From: Terriglobia bacterium | GTDB lineage: Bacteria > Acidobacteriota > Polarisedimenticolia > Polarisedimenticolales > JAIQFR01 | Direction: 5' to 3' | Assembly: GCA_963748015.1 (NCBI GenBank) | Contig: CAVVHE010000004.1 | Coordinates: 992,001-1,056,000, forward strand | DNA length: 64,000 nucleotides | Shown: piece after piece, positions 43,681 to 53,214 of the stretch | Layout: every line of letters begins with the position of its first letter | Numbering within the stretch: the first letter of the stretch is position 1 | The notes under the pieces: model-generated | What the model was told of the DNA's origin: nothing | Database searches by the model: none | The model's input: the letters and a program-made list of their open reading frames with translations, nothing else | Position numbers and translations under genes: made by a program

Positions 43681-45556
43681 GGCGCGGCGCGACCCGGCTG
43701 CGCTCCGGGCCGGCCTCCCTCTCCGCCGCCGCCCGCGCCGCGATCGCCGCCGCGGCGATCGTGCTGGCCGCCGTCGTCTCGCACGCCCCGCTCCGTCACG
43801 CCGGGTACGTGCAGGACGACCACCTCGCCGTCGAGGGGAACACCGCCGTCGCCCGCGGCCAACTCGACGCGATCTTCGCCGGCTCGTACTGGGAGGGGGC
43901 GCGAGGCGACGACCGGACGCTGTACCGGCCGGTCACGATCCTGAGCTTCGCGATCGAGCGGAAGCTGACGGGAGAGCCCGATCCGTTCGTCTCGCACCTC
44001 GTCAACGTCCTCCTGCACGCGCTCGCCGCCCTGGCGCTCGCGGCGCTCGCCCGCCGGATCGGCGCGTCCGATCTCGCGGCGGCCGGAGCGGGGCTCCTGT
44101 TCGCGCTGCACCCGGTCCTGACGGAGGCGGTGGCCAACGTCGTCGGCCGCGCCGAGATCCTGGCCGCGCTGCTCACCCTCTCGGCGCTCCTCGCGTACAG
44201 CGCGACCGGCGCCTGGGAGACGGCCGGCGGCGCGCCGCCCTCCCCGGTGCGCGTGGGCCGGGCGCGTATGGCGGCCTGGGGGAGCGCGGCCCTCGTCTTC
44301 CTCGCCCTCGGATCGAAGGAGACGGCGATCGCGGGAGTCGGCCTGCTCCTCGTGCTCGATCTTCTATTCCGTCCCCGCCCCCGGGAAGCGGCCCGCGCCA
44401 TCCTCGTGGACCGCGCGGCCGCGCTCGCGCCCGTGGCACTCGCCGTGGCGCTCCACCTCATCCTGAGGGTCCGCGCGCTCCAGGGGTTGATCCTCGCGCA
44501 GACGGTTCCCGCGGTGGACAACCCCCTGGTCCGGCTCGACGGGATCGAAAGGCTCGCGACCTCCCTGTCCATCGCCGCGCGGTACGCGAGACTCATCCTC
44601 CTCCCCGTGCGGCTGTCGGCGGACTACTCGGGGAACGTCATCGCGGCGGAGAGCAGCGTATTCTCCCCGCGCCCGCTCGCGGGTCTGCTGTTCCTCGCGG
44701 CGTGGGTCCTGCTGGCGCTGCTGCCGGTTCTCGTCGCGCTGCGCCGCCGCGGGACGGTGACGGCGGCCCCCCTGCTGCCCCGCCAGCTCGCGCTCTGCGC
44801 GGCGCTGTTCCTTCTCCCCTACCTGGTCGTCGGCAACCTCCTCTTCCCGGTCGGCGCGGGAATGGCCGAGCGGTTTCTCTATCTCCCGTCCACGGGATTC
44901 TGCCTGCTCCTCGCGGTCCTGATGGGGAGGCTCTTCGAGGGAGAGATCGCGTTCGTCCCCGCCAGCCTCTCGCAGCTCCGCCGGCTGGTCGGCCTCGCGT
45001 TCGCGCTCCTCCTCGCCGGCTTCGCGATCCGGACCGCTTCGCGCTGCGTCGAGTGGCGGAGCGACCGGACCATCTTCGAGGCGGCGGCGCGGGTCAACCC
45101 CGAGAGCCCCCGCGCCCACTACATCGTCGCGACCCTCGACGCGAGGGAGGGCAAGACGGCGGAGGCGCTCGACCGGATCGAGCTTGCGCTCCGTCTCTGG
45201 CCCGACTATCTCCCCGGTTGGGTCCAGAAAGGAGTCCTCCTCGGACAGCTCGGCGACATCGCCGGGGCCGAGGCGGCCTGCCGCGAGGCGACCCGCGTCG
45301 GCCCCTCCTACGGCCGGGGCCATTCCAATCTTGGCCTCGCCCTCCACCGCCTCGGCCGCCTCGCCGACGCGGAGCGCTCCCTCCGCAAGGCCGTTCTCTG
45401 GGATGCCTCGCTCGACCAGGCGTGGGCGGAGCTGGGAAACGTCCTGTTCGAGCAGCGGCGCTACGCCCGGGCCGCCGACGCCTACGCGCGCGCCGCGCCC
45501 TCGGCCGCTCGGCGGTGAGCGGTCGCCTCAAGGAAGCCCGCCGCCTTGCCGGCTAG
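43677..45556 (+). CDS. TMTC-like GT-C/TPR protein (copy 2); apparent 1-nt frameshift near 45495
   Basis: YVQDD, LYRP, HPVLTEAV, GRAE, SKE, DNP, ADYS, AERFLYLPS. The frame as read stops at 45518, but an alternative frame gives ALGRSAVSGRLKEARR (stop 45556), matching copy 1 ALGRPDLAAREREAR. Confidence 0.78.
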
Positions 45557-45564
45557 GGTGGCCG

Positions 45565-45726
45565 CCGGACGAGCACGGTCGGCTCCCCGCCCCTCGCGGC
45601 ACGTTTCGGCGTTGCGCGGCGAGAGCCGCCGCGCCGCCTCACTCCGGTTTTCGCGCGGTCGTCCAGGGAATAGACGACCGCGCGAAAACAGGGCCGCGAG
45701 GGGGGGAGCCGACCGCGCTCGTCCGG
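45565..45726. repeat. 162-nt nested inverted-repeat element between convergent genes
   Basis: ~34-bp terminal IR enclosing a GAGA-loop hairpin (45608-45638) and a perfect 17-bp hairpin (45647-45689). Confidence 0.85.
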
Positions 45727-45740
45727 AGGAGTGGGCCGGG

Positions 45741-46823
45741 TCAGGAGGGTCGGCGCCAGATTCCCGGAATGGGAGTGGAGCAGTCCGGGCAGGCGCCGTC
45801 GGCGCGCAGGCGGTTCGACAGGACCTGGAAGCCGCGCCGCTCGATCAGGATCGCGCCGCAGCCGTGGCAGCGCGTGTCCTCGAGCCCGGCCGTACGTCCG
45901 GGGAGGTTCCCGGCGTACACGTAGCGGATCCCCGCCTCCCGGCCGGCCTCCACCGCGCGCAGCAGGTCCTCGACCCGCGTGTCGCCGCCGCCGGTCATCC
46001 GGTAGTCCTCGTGGAACGCCGTGACGTGCCACGGGATGTCGGGCGACACCTCCGCGACGAACGACGCGATGTCCCGCAGCTCCTCCCTCGAGTCGTTGAA
46101 CCCCGGGACCACGAGCGTGACCACCTCGACCCAGAACTTCTTCTCGCGGAGCAGGCGGATGGTGTCGAGCACCACCTGCAGCCTCCCGCCGAGCGCGCGG
46201 TAGGACGCGTCGCGAAACGACTTCAGGTCCACCTTGAAGAGCTCGGCGTGGGGGCGGAGGTAATCGAGGACCTCGGGGGTGCCGTTCCCGTTGGAGACGT
46301 AGCCGCACAGCATCCCCTCGCGCTTCGCGAGAGCGAACACCTCGACCGCCCACTCGGTCGTGATGAGCGGCTCGTTGTAGGTGCTGACGACCACCGGGGC
46401 GCGCCTCGAGCGGGCGAGGTCCACGATCTGCCCGGCCGACACGTCCCTCGGCTTGGCCAGGGCCTCGCGGTCCCGCAGCGTCTGCGAGGTGAGCCAGTTC
46501 TGGCAGTAGGCGCAGTGGAAATCGCAGCCGAGCATTCCGAACGACACCGCCTCCGCGCCGGGAAGCACGTGGAAGAACGGCTTCTTCTCGATCGGGTCCA
46601 CGGCCAGCCCGGCGACGTACCCCGCCGGGACCCGGAGCACGCCGTCCCGGTTGAATCGGATCCTGCAAATCCCGTCGTGCCCCTCGGGGATGAGGCAGCG
46701 GTGGCCGCACGCGTGGCATCGCACCTTTCGCCCCTCGAGCGGCTCGTAGAGCGCACCCGGCCGGGTCCGCCTCAGGAGCTCGTCCCCCAAGCTCGCGACC
46801 GCCGGATCGGTGGGTCTCGGCAT
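45741..46823 (-). CDS. amrS: AmmeMemoRadiSam-system radical SAM enzyme
   Basis: N-terminal CHACGHRC..GICRIR, DPIEKKPFFH, GCDFHCAYCQNW, TYNEP, C-terminal Cys pairs. Confidence 0.9.
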   Translation of the reverse strand: MPRPTDPAVASLGDELLRRTRPGALYEPLEGRKVRCHACGHRCLIPEGHDGICRIRFNRDGVLRVPAGYVAGLAVDPIEKKPFFHVLPGAEAVSFGMLGCDFHCAYCQNWLTSQTLRDREALAKPRDVSAGQIVDLARSRRAPVVVSTYNEPLITTEWAVEVFALAKREGMLCGYVSNGNGTPEVLDYLRPHAELFKVDLKSFRDASYRALGGRLQVVLDTIRLLREKKFWVEVVTLVVPGFNDSREELRDIASFVAEVSPDIPWHVTAFHEDYRMTGGGDTRVEDLLRAVEAGREAGIRYVYAGNLPGRTAGLEDTRCHGCGAILIERRGFQVLSNRLRADGACPDCSTPIPGIWRRPS

Positions 46824-46889
46824 GACCGGCCTCCGCGTTCGAATCGAGTGTAGCGCAAGCCGCGGGATGCGCGGCGGACGATCGCGGGC

Positions 46890-47060
46890 GCGAGGGTCGG
46901 CCCGGGGCGCCGGTGGCTTTTTAGCTCTGTGAGCTTGCCCTGAAGGGGCGGAAACCCTTCGGCATCCGGGAACGACCTTGCCGATAATGTCGTCCTTTAG
47001 GGTCCCGGAGTCAACGTGGAAAACCCGGAAAAGCCACTAGCCGCGACCATTTTTTTGCGG
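46890..47060. ncRNA. Candidate structured small RNA or regulatory leader (unassigned)
   Basis: Lower-GC intergenic stretch with several compatible stems and a minus-strand TTGACT-17-GACATT promoter-like signal; no family recognised. Confidence 0.3.
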
Positions 47061-47083
47061 CGACGGGGTGCTAGGATGACCGG

Positions 47084-48687
47084 ATGACGAAGGCCGCCTC
47101 GAGATGCGCCGCCCCGGCGCTCGCGCTCGCAGCCCTCGTCCTCCTGCCGTTCCTCGGCAAGGCCTTCACGATCGACGACACCCTCTTCCTGCAGCAGGCC
47201 GAGCACCTGCTGACCGACCCGCTGCACCCGACCGCGTTCGAGACGGTCTGGTCGGAGCTCGCGGCGCCGCTCAGGATGTCCTCGATCATGCCGAGCGGCC
47301 CCGTCATGGCGTACCTCCTGGTGCCCTGTGTCCGGCTCGGGGGCGCCGAGTGGCTCGCGCACCTCGAGCAGCTCGTGTTCTTCTGCCTCGCGATCCTCGC
47401 GACGGCGGGCATCGCGCTCCGGCTCGGTCTCCCGAAGGAAGCCGCGCTGGCGGCGGCCCTCCTGCTCGCCGCCACCCCGGCCGCCCTCGCCATGGCGGCC
47501 ACCGCGATGCCCGACGTGCCGGCGATGGCCCTCGGGGCTCTCGGCATCGAGCGCCTCCTGGCCTGGAAGGAAACGCGACGATGGCCCGCGGGTGTCGCCG
47601 CGGCCGCGCTCCTCGCGCTCGCCGCGCTCGCCCGGTCCCATCTCCTGCTCCTCCTCGGCGTCGCGATCCTGCTCCTGCCCGGCGCCGCCGCCGGCCGGCG
47701 GAGCTGGCGCGAGGTCCCGCGCCCCGCGTGGATCCCGATCGTCGCCGCGCCGCTCGTCGTCCTTGCCGTCGTGCTGATCACGCGCGACCCGGAGGGGCGC
47801 TCCCTGGCCTTCGCCGGCTCGACGCTCGGCTTCAACTCCCCCGCCAACCTCGCGCAGGAACGTCACGGCCTTCGCGGTTCACTGGACGCTGGTGCTCCCC
47901 CTCGCGCTCCCGTGGGCGGCGTCGCGCTGGCGGGCTCATCGTCCGCCAGCCGTTCCCGTACGTGGCGACGCTCGCCGCGGCGGCCGTCCTTCTGCGTGAA
48001 GGGGCAGCGCACCGCGTGTTCTTCCTCGCGCCCGCGGCCGGTCTCGGCGCGGGCGTCCTGTGGGACGTGCTCTCCGACGGCTGGCGCCGGAGGGACCGCG
48101 TTCAGACGGCTCTCGGCGCCTGGCTGCTCATCGCGCTGCCGGTCACGATCTACCTCCACATGCCCTCGAAGTACCTCCTGGCCTCCGCCCCGGCCGCCGC
48201 GATCCTCGTGGCGCGACGGCTGGCGGAAGCACCGCGGCGCCTTTCGATGGCCCTCCTTGGAGCCACGATCGCCGCCGGGATCCTGCTGGGCGTCCTGATC
48301 GTCCGGGCGGATGCGGCGTTCGCGGCCCTCGGCCGGCGGGCCGCGGTCGAGCTGATCGCTCCCAACGTGGCCGCGGGGAAGAACGTGTGGTTCGCCGGCC
48401 ACTGGGGATTCCAGTGGTACGCTGAGAAAGCGGGCGCGCGCTGCCTCACGACGACGACGCCCCCGCGCCGGGGCGACCTGGCCGTGTCGAGCCGCGTCGG
48501 GTTGGGCCAGGCCATCAAATTCTTCCCGCGCCGCGAGCTGGTCGCGGCGCTCGAGGAGTCGCGGCCGGGGGGACGGATCATGAGCAGGAAGCTCGGCTGC
48601 GGCTTCTTCTCGAACTACTGGGGTTATCTTCCCTGGGCGTGGGGCGACGACCTCCTCGACCGTTACGATCTTTGGCGGCTGGAGTAA
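47084..48687 (+). CDS. ArnT/PMT-like GT-C membrane glycosyltransferase, two apparent frameshifts (~47855, ~47934)
   Basis: FTIDDTLFL, MPDVP, many TMs. Reading passes through a third frame (NVTAFAVHWTLVLPLALPW) into LIVRQPFPY...KYLL...GHWGFQWY. Confidence 0.65.
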
Positions 48688-48690
48688 TCC

Positions 48691-50925
48691 ATGGGCTGGT
48701 TCTTCGCGTTCTTCCTCCTGTCCGGGTTCTGCGGGCTGGTCTACCAGGTCGTCTGGCTCCGCGTCGCGATGGCGGCCTTCGGCGTGACGACCCCGCTCGT
48801 CTCGATCGTCCTCTCGGTGTTCATGGCCGGGCTGGCGGCCGGGAGCTGGGGAGGAGGTCGGCTCGCGGCGCGTCTCGATCGGCTCGGCGCCGGCGGGTTC
48901 CTCCGCCTTTACGCCGGGACCGAGCTCCTGATCGGCCTCTCCGGCATCGCGGTCGCGCCCCTGCTCGGTTGGGGACGCGCGGTGCTGGCGTCGCCGGGCG
49001 GCGAAGCGGCATGGGGCTCGTCGAGCTATTACCTGGCCTCCGCCGCCTGGGTCGCCGCCGCCCTCCTGCCGTTCTGCTTCTGCATGGGCGCGACCTTCCC
49101 GCTCGCGATGGCGGGGATCAGGGCCGCATATCCCGAGTCGTCGAAGCGCTCCTTCAGCTTCCTCTACGTCGCGAACGTCCTCGGCGCGATGGCCGGGGCG
49201 CTCGGCTCGGCGTTCGTCCTGATCGAGCTCCTCGGATTCCGCAAGACGCTGCTCGTCGCCGCGGCGGTCAATGCCCTGGTCGCGGCGATGGCGCTCGCCG
49301 TCTCGAGACGGACCGGCGCCCATGCGGCTCCCGAGCCCCCGTCCCGCGGCCGTGCCCCGTCCCTCGGCGCGACCGCTCCGGCGGAGACCGGCAGGCTCGG
49401 CCTGGCGTTCCTCTTCACCACGGGGCTCGTGAGCCTCGCGCTCGAGGTGGTCTGGACCCGCCAGTTCGTTCCGTTCCAGGGGCCGGTCGTCTACTCCTTC
49501 GCGACGATGCTCGCGGTGTACCTCGCCGCGACCGCGATCGGATCGCGGGTGTATCGCGCTCGCGCCTCGAGGCTCGGCCCGGCGTCCGTCGGGTTCCCCT
49601 GGGTCCTCGCGGGCGTCTTGGCGGGTGCCGTCGGTCTTCTCGCGCTGCTCGCCGCGGACCCGCGCATCCCGCTCCCCTACGGGCTGCTGTCGGGCGCGAT
49701 CCGCGTCGCTGTCGGCATCGGGCCCTTCTGCGCGGTGATGGGTTTCTTCACGCCGATGCTGGTCGATCTCGTCTCCGCGGGAAATCCCGACCGCGCGGGA
49801 ACGGCGTACGCGGTGAACACCCTCGGCTGCATCGCCGGTCCCCTCCTCTCCGGGTTCGTCCTCCTGCCGTTCCTCGGAGAGCGCTGGACGACCGTGCTGC
49901 TGGTCCTGCCGCTGTTCGCCCTCGCCGCCGCGGGCCGGAGCGCCGGAGCGGTCAAGACTCCCCTCGGAGCGCGCGCGGCGGGGCCGGTCGTCGCCGCGGT
50001 CGCCGGCGCGGCCATCCTGATCTTCCTGACGAAGGACCTCGAGACGATGTACCCCAAGCGCGTCGTGCGCCGCGACCACACCGCGACGGTCATCGCGACC
50101 GGCGAGGGGATGCAGAAGAGCCTCTTCGTGAACGGCCAGGGGATCACGAACCTCACGCCGATCACCAAGATGATGGCCCACCTCCCGCTGGCCATGCTCG
50201 ACCGGCCGCCTAAGAACGGGCTGGTGCTGTGCCTCGGGATGGGAACGTCGTACCGCTCGATGCTCACGTGGGGGATCCCGGCCACCGTCGTCGAGCTGGT
50301 GCCGAGCATCCCGTCGCTCCTCGGCTACTACCACGCCGACGGCGACGCGGTGCGGAGCAACCCGCGCGGGCGCATCGTGGTGGACGACGCGCGGCGGTTC
50401 CTGGAGCGCTCCGGCGAGACGTACGACGTCATCGTCGTGGACCCGCCCCCTCCCCCCGAGGCGGCGGCTTCGAGCCTTCTCTACTCGACGGAGTTCTACG
50501 ACAGCGTGCGGCGGCGGCTCGCTCCCGGAGGGATCCTCCAGCAGTGGCTCCCCGAGGGGGAGAAGATCGTGGTCTCCTCGGCGGCGAAATCGCTGGCCGC
50601 GCGATTTCCCTACGTCCGGGTCTTCCGCTCCGTCGAGGGCTGGGGCTTCCACTTCCTGGCGAGCGACCGCCCGCTTCCGAGCCGTACCGCCTCCGAGCTG
50701 GCCCAGCGCCTCCCCGCCGACGCGGCGAAGGACCTCGTGGAGTGGGGGCCGGCCCAGATTCCCGAGCGCCAGCTCGTCGCGGTCATCGGGCGAGAGCTGT
50801 CCTTCTCGTCGGTGATCGGCCTTTACGGGGACGCGCCGCTCCTGACCGACGACCGTCCCGTCAACGAGTACTACTTCCTCCGTCGACTGACGAACCCGGA
50901 GGCGACGGTGTGGACGTACCGCTAG
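48691..50925 (+). CDS. Multi-TM-fused spermidine-synthase-like SAM-dependent transferase (copy 1)
   Basis: SGFCGLVYQVVW, MGATFP, LYVANVLGA, LALEVVWTR, AYAVNTLG; then HLP, VLCLGMGTS, VELVP, DDARRFL, YDVIVVDPP. Confidence 0.85.
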   Translation: MGWFFAFFLLSGFCGLVYQVVWLRVAMAAFGVTTPLVSIVLSVFMAGLAAGSWGGGRLAARLDRLGAGGFLRLYAGTELLIGLSGIAVAPLLGWGRAVLASPGGEAAWGSSSYYLASAAWVAAALLPFCFCMGATFPLAMAGIRAAYPESSKRSFSFLYVANVLGAMAGALGSAFVLIELLGFRKTLLVAAAVNALVAAMALAVSRRTGAHAAPEPPSRGRAPSLGATAPAETGRLGLAFLFTTGLVSLALEVVWTRQFVPFQGPVVYSFATMLAVYLAATAIGSRVYRARASRLGPASVGFPWVLAGVLAGAVGLLALLAADPRIPLPYGLLSGAIRVAVGIGPFCAVMGFFTPMLVDLVSAGNPDRAGTAYAVNTLGCIAGPLLSGFVLLPFLGERWTTVLLVLPLFALAAAGRSAGAVKTPLGARAAGPVVAAVAGAAILIFLTKDLETMYPKRVVRRDHTATVIATGEGMQKSLFVNGQGITNLTPITKMMAHLPLAMLDRPPKNGLVLCLGMGTSYRSMLTWGIPATVVELVPSIPSLLGYYHADGDAVRSNPRGRIVVDDARRFLERSGETYDVIVVDPPPPPEAAASSLLYSTEFYDSVRRRLAPGGILQQWLPEGEKIVVSSAAKSLAARFPYVRVFRSVEGWGFHFLASDRPLPSRTASELAQRLPADAAKDLVEWGPAQIPERQLVAVIGRELSFSSVIGLYGDAPLLTDDRPVNEYYFLRRLTNPEATVWTYR

Positions 50926-52366
50926 CCCCGGCACCCTTCGGACAGAGGACCGCGTAGCGGCGGCCGTACTCGTTGGCCTCGGCGCGGGACACCTCGTAAC
51001 CGCCGGGCCCGAGCAGGTAGGCGAGCAGGTCGTCCTGGACGCTGAAGTCGTGCCACAGGACGCACCGGTACCCCGCGTACCGCCGGCGGAAGTCCTCGAA
51101 CTGCGAGGGGTCGAGCGGCATCCCGATGAAGCGCTTGTCCGGATAGCGCCACATGACGCTCTCCGGATGGTAGAAGGAGCTGTTGACCATGTACTCGCCG
51201 TTCTCGAGGAGAGCGGGCGGCGGCGTGACCAGCCCGATCGGGTACATCTCGAGCGGCTCGAGCCCCGAAGCCCCGGCCGCGAGCGCCAGCGCGACGAGGC
51301 CCCACGACGCGACCCGGCGCGCCGGCCCCACCACGCCGGCGACTCTCGTCGCGACGGCCGCGATCGCCGCGAAGAAGACGGGGAACAGCCCGAGCCAGAT
51401 CCGGAAGAAGTTCGACGACTTGCTGCCGTCGAGGAGCAGGAAGTAGCCGAGCGTCGAGAAACCCGCGAGCACCAGGTGCCACCGGCGGCTCGCGACGAGA
51501 CAGACCGTGCCGAGGAGCATGAAGAGGAGCGGGCCCCAGGCGATACCGGCGGGGCCCGAGACCCACTCGGGAAAAGGCACGATCTGCTCGTGCAGCCGCT
51601 TCAGCCCCTCCCGGATGGCGGGATGGAGCTGCAGGACCAGCGTCGAGACCGGGTTGAAGTCGGCCGTGCGCGTCGCGAGACCGTCCCAGGTGAAGAGGTA
51701 CGGGTAGGCCGCGATCGCGCGGTGGTTCCGGATCCATGCCGCGGCCAGCGGCAGCGCCGCGCCGGCCGCGAACGCCGCGGCCCGGCGGCGCGTCCTCACG
51801 GCGGGCAGGAACAGGAACGCGTCGAACGCCAGGTTCATCCGGGTGGCCAGCGCCGCCCCGAAGAGGAGCCCCGCCCCGCCCGCGGCGACCGCTCCCGGGA
51901 CGGCCGCGGCCAGCGCGAGGGCGGCGAGGAGCAGGAACAGGGCGAACGACTCGGGCCCGTAGTGGCAGGTGAACGCCACGAGCGGCCCGAATCCCGCCGC
52001 CACGATCGCGGCGGCGAGGGCGGTCCGGGGAGCGTCGTCGCCCCGCTCGTCCTTGCGGAGCCAGACCCACAGCGCCGCGATCGAGAGCCAGGACAGGAGA
52101 CCCGCGAGCCGCTGCGGCTCGAGACGGAGAGGCACCGACGCGCAGAGGCGATACCAGGCCTCGCCGTACCAGATGTACGGCTGGCCGTCGAAGAGGGTGA
52201 AGCCGAGGCCCGCGCGGAGGTTCCGGATCAGCTCGAGGTGGCGCCAGGGGTCGAAGATCGGGACGCCCTGCCGGACGAGAAACGCGAGCCGGACGGCGAG
52301 ACCGGCCACGAGAACGGCGCCGACGAGGGCCCCTTCCCGTTTCCACGAACCCCGCCCGACCGACAC
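50861..52366 (-). CDS. GT-C-like multi-pass membrane protein
   Basis: RLAFL...IFDPWRH after TM1, PES, RN motif, ~10 TMs, small C-terminal domain; divergent from the GT2. Start uncertain. Confidence 0.6.
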   Translation of the reverse strand: MSVGRGSWKREGALVGAVLVAGLAVRLAFLVRQGVPIFDPWRHLELIRNLRAGLGFTLFDGQPYIWYGEAWYRLCASVPLRLEPQRLAGLLSWLSIAALWVWLRKDERGDDAPRTALAAAIVAAGFGPLVAFTCHYGPESFALFLLLAALALAAAVPGAVAAGGAGLLFGAALATRMNLAFDAFLFLPAVRTRRRAAAFAAGAALPLAAAWIRNHRAIAAYPYLFTWDGLATRTADFNPVSTLVLQLHPAIREGLKRLHEQIVPFPEWVSGPAGIAWGPLLFMLLGTVCLVASRRWHLVLAGFSTLGYFLLLDGSKSSNFFRIWLGLFPVFFAAIAAVATRVAGVVGPARRVASWGLVALALAAGASGLEPLEMYPIGLVTPPPALLENGEYMVNSSFYHPESVMWRYPDKRFIGMPLDPSQFEDFRRRYAGYRCVLWHDFSVQDDLLAYLLGPGGYEVSRAEANEYGRRYAVLCPKGAGASGTSTPSPPGSSVDGGSSTR

Positions 52367-52464
52367 CGCGATCCCCCCTCCCCGCCGCGATCCCGCGCGC
52401 CATCGTATCATCCGGAACGCGCGCAGATGCTACGATAGCGGGCCGATCGCGGAGGATCAGCGGC

Positions 52465-53214
52465 GTGTACAAGGGGAAGAAGGTCGTCGTGGTCATGCCG
52501 GCGTACAACGCCGCGCGGACGCTGGTGCGGACCTACGAGGAGGTCATGCAGCAGGAGTTCGTGGACCTCGTCCTGCTCGTGGACGACGCGAGCCGCGACG
52601 AGACGGTCGAGATCGCCCGGACGCTCCCGCGTACCAAGGTCCACGTCCACGAGAAGAACCGCGGCTACGGCGCGAACCAGCGGACCTGCTACCGGCTCGC
52701 CCTCGAGGAGGGCGCCGACATCGTGATCATGGTCCACCCGGACTACCAGTACACCCCGAAGCTGCTCCCTTCCCTGGTCGCGCTCATCGGGAACGGGATC
52801 TATCCCTGCGTCCTCGGCTCGCGGATTCTCGGCGGCGGGGCGCGGCGCGGGGGGATGCCTCGCTGGCGGTACGTCGCGAACCGTTTCCTGACCCTCTACT
52901 CGAACGTGCTCCTCGGCGGCAAGCTCTCCGAGTACCACTCCGGCTATCGCGGCTTCTCGCGCGAATTGCTCTCCCGGCTCCCTCTCGACGCCAACTCCGA
53001 CGATTTCGTCTTCGACAACGAGGTCCTGGCCGAGGTGCTCTGGCTGGGATACGAGATCGGGGAGGTGAGCTGCCCCACGAGCTACTTCGAGGAGGCGTCG
53101 TCGATCAATTTCGGTCGCAGCGTCCGCTACGGATTCGGCTGCCTGTACACGGGGCTCCTGTTCCGGCTCTGCCGCCTCGGGATCGCCCGCTCGCGCAGGT
53201 TTCCGCGCGCGTGA
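52465..53214 (+). CDS. GT2 glycosyltransferase, polyprenol-phosphate sugar synthase (DPM1-like)
   Basis: VVVMPAYNA, VDDASRD, NRGYG, HPDYQY, GSR, SGYRGF. Confidence 0.88.
   Translation: MYKGKKVVVVMPAYNAARTLVRTYEEVMQQEFVDLVLLVDDASRDETVEIARTLPRTKVHVHEKNRGYGANQRTCYRLALEEGADIVIMVHPDYQYTPKLLPSLVALIGNGIYPCVLGSRILGGGARRGGMPRWRYVANRFLTLYSNVLLGGKLSEYHSGYRGFSRELLSRLPLDANSDDFVFDNEVLAEVLWLGYEIGEVSCPTSYFEEASSINFGRSVRYGFGCLYTGLLFRLCRLGIARSRRFPRA

Noticed and set aside
46905..46945. c-di-GMP-I riboswitch-like words on the minus strand (CAGGGCAA...AAAGCCACCGGC)
   Set aside because: No GNRA-capped P2 closing with GC, no tetraloop receptor and no P3 partner strand.
46935..47015. Glycine-riboswitch-like (GCCGAAGG..TCAGG) and glmS-like (TTATCG..CGGATG) fragments
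   Set aside because: Core motifs (GGAGA/CTCTCAGG; AGCGCC..GACGAG) are absent and the gene context does not fit.
48691..50925. Annotation as a true spermidine synthase (speE)
   Set aside because: Large membrane fusion and loss of the GGGDG Asp; symbol withheld.
50861..50925. 65-nt 3' overlap of convergent genes as an antisense system
   Set aside because: The low-complexity tail is simply explained by stop-codon scarcity at high GC or by an indel.
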